64,000 nt of DNA from Amoebophrya sp. A120 (taxonomy: Eukaryota > Protista > Dinoflagellata). Numbering within the stretch: the first letter of the stretch is position 1; every line of letters starts with the position of its first letter. Both the position numbers and the translations under genes were made by a program. The DNA is taken from assembly GCA_905178155.1 (NCBI GenBank), contig CAJINV010000002.1, forward strand, positions 10,078,528-10,142,527, in the 5' to 3' direction. Below are positions 36,565-48,300 of this stretch, piece after piece. The notes below the pieces were generated by a model that had not been told where the DNA came from, did not search any database, and saw only the letters and a program-made list of their open reading frames with translations.

Positions 36565-36985
36565 CTGGCTACAAGATTGCTTGCTTGTGCCAGTCCCACT
36601 AAAGTACTTTTTACCAGAAGAAAGACACTCGTGTACGTATGTATTAGTTTTGGTACGAGAACGACCTGACATCAAAAAAAACCCGTATTGTTACTCATCC
36701 TCTGGTGCACCAAATCTATCCCTCTAAATGAATCTTGCTGTCTTTCAACTATCTTGCTTCTTTACGTTCTTTGCCTGGTCTCTGGCTACAACGGAACCAA
36801 ATCAAGATTCCACTAAAGTACCAAGAGAACGACTTTTCTTCATTAGTTTTGGTACGAGAACGACTTGACATAAAAAAAACCCCTTATTATATTTATACTC
36901 ATCCTCTACGTCTACACCAAATTTCTCCCTCTAAACAAATCTTGCTGTCTTTTATCAACTAGCTTTACGTTTTTTAACTGGCAAG
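36565..36985. repeat. Imperfect tandem duplication (~200-bp unit, 2 copies)
   Basis: CCACTAAAGTAC, ATTAGTTTTGGTACGAGAACGAC.TGACAT, TACTCATCCTCT and CCCTCTAAA..AATCTTGCTGTCTTT each occur twice in the same order. Confidence 0.8.
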
Positions 36986-37360
36986 GAACAGCAACAAGAG
37001 CAAACAGCAAATAGCACTGCGTCTTTGCAAGACGAGCAAAGGTTCGCTATTATTTAACAACCAAGAAGAGGACTACATCCCAGGGACGGGTATGCGGCGT
37101 AAGGTATAAGTTGCAGGGTTGTAGTGTAACTGATTTTTCAATAAGTACATCGGCGGGTTGTCTAGAAGTACTGATCCGTTTGGTGTGGAAGTAGCGCCGT
37201 TTGACTTGACTTGATTGCAAGATTACACTTGTAGTTGTGTAATTTATTATCGACGGTCACAGTTCAGCAGGCGCCCTACTTTGTGCTTTATTTCGGGGTA
37301 CTAGCAGCTACAAAATATACCCTCTCTTCGTCTCAGTCCTGAATATTCTGATTATAACAT

Positions 37361-40300
37361 ATGCCTGAACAAGCTTCAGCTTCATGTGCTGAGCTGTTGC
37401 GGCAAGAACTCGTGATGGCATCTTCACGGCGGCGCCCGAAGCCCTGCGCTCAGCGGAGGGTCTCCGCTTGGATTTCGTTTTGCCTTGCCGCACTCTTGGA
37501 CAAGAAAAACGAGTCGCTGCTGCTGTCGAGCACTGTAGGCGTGGGCGGGCTTTCTTTAGTGAAAAAGTTTCGGCGTGCGGCGGCAGCCGCAGCCGCCGCG
37601 GACAGGCCGAGGTATGAAATCAGCAGCCAGCAGATAAAGAAAGAGATCGCGGGGAAGACCAGATTTCGTTACTACGCGCCAGGCTGCGGTGGGGAGCAAT
37701 CGGTCAGCGCTTATTACGAGCGCCTTCAGCAGGAGCTCACTCTGTCTGATTCCATAGACCACGACGCTCCGGCGAGCAGCATCAAAAGGTTTTTCCTGTT
37801 TACGGATGCGAGTGTTCGATCCGTTCCCGATCCCGTCCGTGGCGGGCGAAAGGAGACCCACGCGCAGTTGGGAATAGTAGGCTACTCCAGTCAGAAATCC
37901 TCTGCGATACAGCCCGCGGCAGCGAAGGAAGAAGAAGACACCGGACTGGACTCAGAGGGCCGGGGTAAAGATCTGTCCATCTACGCTAACGCTCCTGTCC
38001 TTCTGGCCGCCGGGCTGAGGCGGCCGGAAATCGGGCCTGGACATCAAATTTCGTATACGACTCAGGCACAAACTGTTATGGATTCCGATCCGGATTTTCA
38101 AAAAATGCCGGAAACGTGGAGGACCAACGCGCTCGTGGCGGTTGCCGAAAGCGAAGCGTTGCTGGAAGGGTTAGAACTGTACAAGCGGGGTCACCAGTGG
38201 AAGGTTCTCGGAATGTTTCGGGGAGAGAAAGAGAAAGGCGAGGCAATGGCTAGCGCCGCAGCGACGACGTCTCTGCCGATTAGATTGCTGGCCTTCACGG
38301 ATTCTCTCCAGGCTGTCCGTGTGCTGGAGAGCCTTTTTTCCGGCGGTGGTGACGAGAAGCAGGATGGCCCAGCGGGCGAGGTCGCAGGCTTATGTCCCAG
38401 CGGCTCCGGCGTCGTCGAACCTAACTGGGGGGAGCGGCAGGCTTCCTTCGTACGGAGAGCAATCGTGCTGCCGACGGCTGAACTGTTCAGGCGTATTGGA
38501 CTCGCCGACGCTTTTTTAACAGCATTTGGCGGACTACTTCTTTCTCAGCACGGTGGAGCGCCGCAGGAAAAGAGCACCCCATTGGTGCAACAGCTGGAAA
38601 TACTGCACGTGCGAAGCTCTTCGCGACTGATGCGCGGGAGCGATCACGGCGCAGATGAACTCAGGTCCAGTGGCTCTGAACACAGTAGGCGCGAGTCGAC
38701 GACCGCCGACACGCTGCCGTCGTCCCGCACGTTTGGGAACGTGTTAGCAGACCAGCTCGCGTCTGGCTTCACGCTGAAGAACACGGGGAAAAGTGGCTCC
38801 GTCGACCTGCTCTCGCGCCGCTTTTGCGGCAGCCCGGCGGGTTGGCTGAAGAAGAGGGCGGGTATACGTAAAATTGCGAGTGCGGGCGCGGACCACACCG
38901 GGAGCACCTTGTACACCAGCTGCAAGGAGCTCTTCGAAGACCTTAAACAGAAGATGCGAGGTGGTAGCGGGCATCCCATCCTCGGACCGCTGGTGAAGGA
39001 GTTTACGCGCTTCGTGAGCAAATACAACGAAAGAATGGCTCCTCGCTTGCCCAGGAAGGCTAATAGTCGAAGCAGTAGTAGAGGTAGCCGGCGGAGCAGC
39101 AGGAGCGGACGAAGTAATAGGAAAAGTCCGAGCGGAAAAAGTCGCTCTGGGAGCCGGAGCAACAGTCGGAGCGGAAAAAGTCGCTCTGGGAGCCGGAGCA
39201 GGCAGCCTCAGCAGAAGGACGATGTTGAGATGTCGGCACCACAGGCGGACTTGGAGGATGGTAGACACGATGATGTTTTCATCACCGAGTTCGAGCCGCT
39301 TGATTGGTTCCATACCACGGCACAGGTTCCCATGAAATATTGCGGCCATCCATCCGTTGCTTTTAGCACAACTAACGAGCTGTCGGAATACGTTGCTCTT
39401 ATAAAAGAACAGTCCGCGGCGGATGTCCCGCTCGCCAACGCCTTCAATTTTCTCTCGTATCAGAGCAAGTGTCTTGAGGCTTTTGTTCAGCATCGGACGA
39501 CGTTTTCGAAGCCGGGGGCTAAGCTGCTTGGCAGGATTTGGTCACGGATTAAGGTGTTGCGGGAGGTGCGCAAGTTTTTGGTCCGCGCCGAAACATCATT
39601 GCGGGCTTTTGTGCAAAGCATTGCAACCGATTCCAGGGGGCCTCAGGGCGGGCCAGCTCCGAACACGTACCGCAGCCTGGCGGCGCAAGTAGTGGAGACC
39701 GCCGAAAAAGTGGCGAAGCAACTAGTGCCAGGGCAGCGGGCTGATGTCCTGGATGGGTACATCCGCACCTTCACAGACACCGTGTATGCGGGAAACGCCG
39801 GAATACGTCTCGGCACCAGAGGCAACTACGCAGCGTTTGCCACTGAGGTTGTGAAGGGACTGAGCAAGACCGTAATTCCGCGTGTCACAGAAATGATTCG
39901 CGATTTTAGTGAGAAATTGGAGCAGGTAGCGGAGGAGGAGATGCTGACCCACCAAACAGGAGGCGAGAAGGACCGCCTGCAAATGAAAATCTGGGAAATG
40001 TGGTGTAATTTTGTCAGCGAAATAATTTTTGACCTTCCGTTTACGGCGGCTGCAAAAGATGAAGTTTCCCAAGTAGTGACTCTTCCTTTGCACAAAAATC
40101 TTTTTGAACAGCAACTCCTGGAGATGCAACTCGTGGCTGCAACAGTCGAGAAGGAAAGGGAAGCTTTTCTGGATATAGATGACAACATACATCGAGAAGC
40201 TGATAGGGCGCGATACATCGAGAAGCTGAAGGGAGCCCGTGATGCCTATCTAGAAGCGGCGACCCAGCTTGGAGACTTGGCCTGGGCTTATGAGTCTGGG

Positions 40301-42781
40301 AATATTGCGACGCTCCACAACTTCTCCCCGATGACGTTGGTGCAACTTGTAGCGGGTGTTTCCCCACCTTCGTTTAGGGAGCTGCTCGAAAATGGAGTAG
40401 CCGGACGTGATGATGTATCAAATGAGTACAAGGATTATGCGATCATACCTCTACTTGTTTGTTGTTGTTCCAATAAGAACGCTTGCGCGTGCTATGATAA
40501 ATGTGAAGTGGGCGAAGATCATAAAGTAACCCCTCAAACAAGGAGGAAGCAACGATGAGTCGGTGCCGAAGGGCGCAGGCGGCAGAAAATTTAATTGCCT
40601 TACGTTAACAAAAACATAACAAAAAGACTGAGCATTTGCTACTTCTGCACGGAACACAAAGATGAAACCGGAAGAACAGAAACCAGGCACTCCTTTCCTC
40701 TAGATCTATTGCCGTAAAGGCAATTCATAAAAATGCCCAAATGTAAGTTATATAGGTCAGCGGGTCCTGATGGTGGCATAATCCTTTTATTTGCAGTGGA
40801 TACAATGACGACGAGGGATACAATGACGACGAGGTTTTGTACAAGAATCGATTTGGAATCGGGCGTCTCGAGATGGATGAAAAATTGGAGCCGGTTGACA
40901 AAGGCCAATGTCTCGTGTCAATTCATGGGCGAAGGGCGCCGGCGCCGGAAAAGTTCAAACCCCGCAGACGGTGTCTCTCGGACCTGATGAATTTAGACAC
41001 GAATGATCGCGCGAAGGCAGAGCTCAACCCTCGTTCTCGTGAAGGGCTGGCTTTGGATCCTCGAGACGACCGCGAAGGGCGTATCCCTGACTTGAAAGCC
41101 ATGTCAAACAACAACTGGACCAGGGGCCAGTCGAGGCTTCAGGGGCAAAGAGAAAGCGCCTCGGTCGAGGCCGTTATGCGCGACGCGTTGGGTATGGATA
41201 TTCCCGTGAAAGTGCAGAAAGTGAAGGTTGATAGTTCGTCAGGAAAGCCTGAACTTGAGATCGTCCTGGACCTGCCGTTGCCGGACACCGCGCGACAGGA
41301 ACTTGCATCGCTCAACTCAAAACAGATGCAGACTTGGGAAGAAAGCCGTGCGCGCAGTTTGATAGACAATCTGTTCAAAACCAAGATCCGATATACTAGA
41401 GGAATGAGTTGGACCACGACGGAGTGGGAGAGGGCAAAAGAGGAGTACACAAAACGTGTCCTGTGCACGCTGGATGGAGGGAAACCGCAGCGCGGGTCTA
41501 GCAACGCCATCCAACGGATGAGGTTGCAGAGGGGGCAGAAGTGGAAGTGGGATGGCGGGGAGGAGTGGAAGCAGAAGGGTGGAAAGGCTGGAGTTATCAC
41601 TTTTGAAAAGCCCATGGGGTCGCTTATCGAATATCATGAAGACTTGTATCTACCGTACGCTTACACTAGAACGGAGCACCTCGAAGGAGCAACCCCACAG
41701 CAAATTAAGGATTTCCCGCTTGTGCAGGTGGCGGTCCTTATGCAACACAACGAAAGTACACCCGCCCATTCCAAATGCAGTGTGTGTCATGTTTCGACGA
41801 GTAATCAAATAGTGCTGATGCATCTTTGTGAATCTGGAAACGAAACCAACGCGACCTCCAGCTACATAATGAATAGATACGTCTATTAGTTTTTTCTGCG
41901 AAGTTGACGAGGCATGGAAAGTTGCTGTATTTACGCATAGCGAAGGGGGTTTTGAGTACTTGTTGACTCGGGACCTTTGATTTTGCGTTGTGAAGTGACA
42001 GCGAGTTATATGTAATGCGGATCATGCTAAACGTACGCGATGGTAATAATGTATTCATGCAATTGAGTCGACTGGGGGTGCTTTTGTTGCGTATGGTTTT
42101 GTGGTACGATGAAGCTTACGAGATTGATGACGCATTCGCTCCCAACTCGATTTGCTTGTATTTCTTTTTTGATACAAATTTTAATGTACTATACTTTCGC
42201 CGCTACCCCCAAATGCGTCATGTAAGACGTAGCCCGTGGTGCTCTTGCTCGTTATCGACTCGTTCATGTGGAAGATTTACAGGGCGACATCGGACGTTGC
42301 GAATAAACGCACTTTCTTGACGTCGACGAACTCTGTCTCGCGAACACGGCAACCGCTGAGCCCGCATATTCTATGCAAGTGACGTTTTTTCGGGGGCGGA
42401 GGCATTAAGAAGAACATATGAGTTTGAATTTCATCTGCTAGCTATTTGATGAGGAAGGTGTTTCCCATGCAGTGTCGCGGAAACATCACAAACTATTATA
42501 AAGAACCCGTCGTGGTCTCGAGTTGGGGCAGTTTGCTATTTGATACGGGACGGAAAAAGTTCGCTGTTTTGCAGGTTGGAGTCTATAGCGCGATTGACAA
42601 GCGAATTGCGTCGACGGACCTGTCTCGGGAATTGGTAATTATCATGGAGGAATTAAGAAGGGAGAATGTAAGAATGAAGAACTACAGCGACGCCATGAGA
42701 CTACACTATCGTACGGAAAGCTGTACCCGCATTTTCACACTTCTTGGCATGCATTTTTATATGTGGTTCCAACCAAAGTAG
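37361..42781 (+). CDS. RNase H-like domain protein, paralogue 2; probable exons 37361-40425, 40797-~41730, ~42532-42781
   Basis: Shares RYYAP, FTDASVRS, AQLG, AFTDSL, LHVRSSSR, FGN.LADQLASGFTL, PLDWF and NAGIRL.TRGNY with paralogue 1. GT-AG intron 40426-40796 joins the frame to VLYKNRFGIGRL (paralogue 1: VLYQSRFGLGRL). LLFDTGRKKFAVL at ~42533 matches LFFDEKAAKFAVL. Second donor site uncertain. Confidence 0.72.
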
Positions 42782-45321
42782 GACTTCTTCGATGTGAAGG
42801 AGGTGCAGGGCTGCGCTCCGTACCTTCGCACTTTTAGGCAGCTGCGCTGTGCTACTGCTACATGTACATGCCGTCATTTTATCCGGTCACCGCAAGGAAA
42901 CCGCTTTGACGCCCGCTGTTGGGGGTACAGCACTTTTTGGTAGGATAGACAGCTCGGCGAATTGCGTGTGCTCGAGGCAATCGTGGGGCGGCATCCAGAC
43001 CGGGTTCCCTCGTACATTGACCCCAAGCATCTTTTTGGGAGAACGATCCGCGGCATTCTAGACGAGGCGTCGGCGCTGCAGCCCTAGTCGTCCGTTCCTG
43101 ATTTCTAAGTGTACGCTTCGACAATGGAGAAAGCTGCTGAGGGGGCGAGCTTGCTGCAGCTGCGGTGTAAAGCGAGTGTCTATCTGTAAGACGCTGCTTC
43201 ATAATTTGTACGTCCCTATGGAAACCTTTATTTCTTGAAATTGCAAAAATGAAAATCATAATCATAATTCAGATTCACTTATTCAATGTTGAGGAACGCG
43301 ATTTTACGGAAAAGTCGCGAGAATGAATAGCCAGGGTAAGTTGAAGGATCAAGTGACGGTGTTGCAGTCGTACACGAAGCGTACAAATAGTAATACAAGC
43401 ATCTGCTCCTCACTTTATAATTCATAGTGCGTGGATCAGTATTCAGAGGTCAACATGTCGGACCTCACTGCTGGTTTTGCTTTTCGTGGTGTAGGATCAA
43501 TCCATGCAGCGGAACGATGAATCCAAGGTATGCCAAAAAGAGAGCCAGACACGATAAAGGAGTCATCTTCTGTAAGTGACTGCCCGCTCATGCTTGACCC
43601 GCAGTATTTGCAATGTACATGTAGTATTTATTTCTCTGCCATAAAAACCCTAAAAAACCCATGAGAGCCTTCAAAAGTTAAAATCTTTTAAAACCGCTAG
43701 GCGTAGCTTTACGCACTTAATCAGCGCGCCTACGCAGCTCATTTTTATTTTAACCAGTCCTAGTTCGGCGAGAAGAAAGCAGGGCTTTCACTCGGAAGAA
43801 CGACGACTGCCCGTTTTCTACAAACAAACAAATGACTTCTGGTCTTTGTGCAGTTCCCAGCTTAGTGGATGAGCTCTATTATCGATCTAAAGTTGTCGCT
43901 TTTCTACTTGCCCGAGGCGTTCGGTCCGCAAGTGAAAACCGAAAGAATTATGGTAAAGGCGAAATCTAGTAATGGAGCACAAGCGAATTACCCGTATCCG
44001 TACTGCGGCCGGTATAAGTCTTCCCCGAACTATCTCCAGGGGAGATGATGGAGACGCCGACATAACAGATACGGTTTGTCAACCATTCCGGATTGCCGAG
44101 TGAAGAATGTTACCATCGTCAAGGAAAAAATCCACAACTCTCAGAATTTACACTGAAGGAAAGCAAAGGATTTCCGAATGAAAGCAGTACATGAGGAGAA
44201 CGAAACCCCACGACGATTTTTTTCAGCACGAAGCAGACAATGATGATGATCATCTTGATCTTCGAGTAAGAGAAGCGGCTCGAGTCTCTTGTCGTGCAAA
44301 ACAGAAGAGCCACAACATCTTATGTCTCAAGTCCCCGTGTACAATTTTTACTTACAAACACCCTTCGCAGGGGTCTCAGGTCACAACCAGAAATTTTGTA
44401 TACTATCGCTCCCGGTATTAACCAGGCAGTGGCATCCGCTAGAGTGCAGGATGCACGATGTGAAGAGCAGTCAGCTCGCAGCTGAAGCTATTTCGTATCG
44501 AAAGACCGCGGTATGATGAATCAACAAGACACCCGAACATGCGAAAAACGCACTGATGCTCCCATCAGGAACAAGGAATAGAGATTCCCGGCGCGCGCGA
44601 TGACGCCCGCACTCTAATGCGAGTGCCTGGCGCTGCAGCATAAAAAATCGTGCGAGTAAAGCGATCGAGAACCTGTTCGCAATTTGTCGCTTAATCTGTT
44701 TTGGTGCGCTTGCACAAATATCTCTCTATCGACTTTCGTTATTGCTACGTCTCCCGGTTGTCGTGTTTCGCAGCTATTTTGCGTGATTGGCTTTGGCTTT
44801 TCTTAAATCGTTCTGCTCTAAAAAGAGTCCGGCTTTATTTGCCCGGTATAATGTGTCAGACCATGTTGAGTTACTCTCAGCAATATTCTAGTTTTGACAG
44901 TAGCATAGAAAAATTCTTTACGAGTCTTTGTCAAATTTTCCTGCAAACGCATATAATTTTATTTGCTTTAGCTGCACAGCGCAGCAAAAGATAAGACGGA
45001 CATCGCCTCGTCTGTCTGAACACTCTCCGCAGAAGATTTGGCACTTCGTCTTGTTGCGAAAACTTGCACTTCAACAGTCCGCGCAGGCGCTCAAGCACTC
45101 AGCACATTGGATTTCCAAGACCTCTGTCTCCACCTGCAATGGTATGCCAAGGGTGGCGACTGTTGCTGTGCCGATGTCCACCTCGAGTAATTTATTAGTC
45201 TTGGTTGGTTTCGAAGACGTTCACGTTGCCGTTCCACGAACTTGAAGACGATGTCGGCGATCCGCTACGATGGTAGGTTGAGCTAGCAGCGTCATTGGCT
45301 TGATTGTCCCATCTCTGCTCG

Positions 45322-48300
45322 ATGTCGCTGTACCAAACTTCGTTGTGCATTGCAAAAATGTCTGGGTCTGGAAGATTGCTGAGGTTTGTGATGCTGTGTC
45401 TGCTTGACACGGAAGGTGTGCCATGCAAAGCCTAGCATCACAGGTTTTGAGATGGTTTCCCAATGCTTAATCCACATGACAAACACCTTCTTTCGGCGAC
45501 AGGAAAAGGAGCTCCCTTTGCTGTCTAAGCATGACAGTTTTTTGTGTGATTCAAGTACGCATCACAAGTTCGCATCCTTCCAGACCCAGACATTTTTGCA
45601 TTTGATATTCGTCCGTTGGCAACAATGGAGATCCCCCGGGCGGTTTATGAAAGGCGACGCAGGGTCGTTGATCCTCTTTCCATTTTGTCCTCATGGTCCC
45701 GACAACTTCAGCATGACTAGGCGCATGCTTGCCGACGACCTGCATGATTGCAAAACAGGGACTTCTTTCGAAAGCGCAATGGTTAAACATATTGCCGAAA
45801 CTTCTTTTATAAAACTACACGTCTGTATATACATTCTTTCATTGCAAATGGCGACGAGGATCGGGGTCGATTTGCGTTGCATAACGTTCCGCCTCAGACG
45901 TGCGAGTCGTGGTGCGCATACGCCCGCCATCGCACCTTGGGTCGCTCGGGTTGCAGCCCGGCTACACCCAGACCCCGTCTGGTAGCGTGCAGTCGCAGGA
46001 GAGCGTTTGCTTTTTCGCGCAAGAAGACAACAAGCTGGCGTACAAAATTGACCCCTATGGGGTCAGTCCGCTTTGCGAGGAGGCCCAGTTTTATGCAAGA
46101 GAGAAACATTTTAGTTTTTTCTTTTTGGAAGAATTACAAATCCACTGTCTAGCATCACAGCAAAAACCTGTCACGCGCAGATACTAGTACGTGAGAACGC
46201 GCTTGAATGGACCCTACAACGCATGATCACCAGCAAGACAGACGCAGCCATCTTGCATGTTGCCCGACATCATCGAACACTCAAATTGTTTTTTTCTTGG
46301 ATAAGTTTGACCACGTACTGGACTTCAGTTGCAAGAACGAGGAGATGTACGAGCAGCTGAAGCTGAACGACTGCGTGACCTCCTGCATGCAGGGGTTCGC
46401 CGAGACCATCTTTGCCTACGGGCAGACGGGGAGCGGCAAGAGCTACACCATCCTGGGTCATCTGGGTGGTGGAGGCGGTGCGGCGGGAGCTTCGACCTCG
46501 GCCGCGGGAGAAGTAGCGGAGTACGACTTCAGCAAGGATTTTCTGCTCAACTCGAATTCCTCCAACGCGGACGCCGGAATCCTGCCACGCTGCACGAAAA
46601 CGCTGTTCGAGAAGCTGGCGGCGCTGACGGACGGACGGCGCCGCACGGTGCAACTGACCGCCGTGGAAGTGAAGGACAGCCAGGTGACCGACCTCCTGGA
46701 GCTCGGTGGCGGCTCGTCAGGTAGCATCGGCGCGAACCTGCGCACGCCCCGCCATATCAACTGTAAAAATGTCTGGGTCTGGAAGATTTTGAGATTTGTC
46801 ATGCACGTTTTGCATGAGCCATGATGTCTGTGATGCGTACCCTAGCAATACAGATTTTCTGAGGGCTTCTTGATGCCTCTTCCGCATGACAAATGCCTTC
46901 TCGGCGTAGCAAAAATTGCATTCCCGTTGGTACTCATGCAATACAGATTTTTTTGGAATCCAAATGCAGCATCACAAGTTGCATTCTTCCAGACCCAGAC
47001 ACTTTTACATTTGATACGCCAGGTCGGTGCGCAAATGTCCACGTTGGACTACGACCGCGTGCCGGTGAAAGGGATATCAAATGCAAAAATGTCTGGGTCT
47101 GGAAACTTGTGATGCATGTCAGTGAACAGAAAGCGCCTTGTAATGCACCGCCAAGCATGACAGATTTTCTCGTGGCTCTCTGTTGCGTATTCCGCATGAG
47201 AAACATCGTTTCTTGCTGGACATTACCAACATTTGCCCACGCAGAGCCGTCCTCTTGCCGGACACAGCCAACATCTGTCCGAAACAGCCTAGGGCCAAGA
47301 CGACGCCGTGAGGACGACCACAGGGGGTCCGTCTCAATGATGATGATGATGATGACGGACAAGAGGAGGTCTTCGTGGCCACGCAATACAGAGTTCAGAG
47401 TCATGCCAAACTAGCATGAGAAATCTCGAAATCTTCCAGACCCAGACATTTTTGCAATCCATAAGGGAAGCTCTCCTACTACCGGAAAGCCACGGTGTGG
47501 AGCGTATCCAAGTGGACACTTGCTGATCTTCGATAAAGGTTGCCGCCAACAACATTGTCTTATTTTAGAGTTGTATTTTCTACAGTTAAAAAGCCGGGCG
47601 CTGAATACATCGTCGAAACAATGAAAAGATATTATGGATTCATTGTCTGCATTCTTTCGACTTGCGCCGCGACGCTTTACCTCCTCTCTAACAAATTTTG
47701 CCGTACGCTAGTAATCAGACGAATGGCGTTGGTGGAACAGTTCTACGATATTGCATCAAAAGCATGAAGCAATTATGTATGTTGAGTCTTAAGTGTTTTC
47801 GGATTCATAAACGTACGAGGAGACAATGCGGCACTTGCGCTACGCGATCGATTCCCGTGAGGTGGGTACCAGCAGTCTCAATTCCGAGTATAGTAACTGT
47901 CTGCTTCAGCGTCTCGGCTCTATCGTCGATCTGATAAGAATCTAAATCGCGTATAGAGAAGTTCACATTTAGATTCGCTATGCTTGTTGCCGGTTCTGTT
48001 TTTCTCTAGTACTGGTGCGGGTCTACAAGAAGTCCCCCTGAAGAATTTTTGCACTCTCATCTTCTTACAGGTCCTCGCGATCGCACATGGTAATCCGATT
48101 CTTCGTGAAGTCGTATTTGCCGGACGGCGTGACCTGTGGCACCTTGACGCTGGTGGACTTGGCGGGGTCCGAAAAGGAGCACGAAAACCCGACCAGGTCC
48201 GGGCAAACGGAGGCCAGCGGCATCAACGTCTCGCTGACGCACCTGAACCGGCTGCTAGTCAAGATGCAGTTCAACCAGCTGGATGTATCAGAGTGAAAAA

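Noticed and set aside
40411-40796. TATCAAATG at 40416 looks like an introner start
   Set aside because: No matching right TIR or direct repeat. A GT-AG intron at 40426-40796 explains the frame.
30328-42781. RNase H-fold proteins as the introner transposase
   Set aside because: The motifs are RNase HI-type (D-E-D-D) rather than DDE transposase. The genes have signal-like N-termini and no flanking TIRs.
43830-44520. Possible small multi-exon gene upstream of the kinesin
   Set aside because: Only short ORFs and guessable GT-AG sites, with no recognisable motif.
47505-47809. Possible 33rd introner in the kinesin (TATCC...TCATA)
   Set aside because: Removal is in frame, but the DR (GAGCG/AACGT) and IR are too eroded. 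Other junctions fit equally well, so it is left unresolved.
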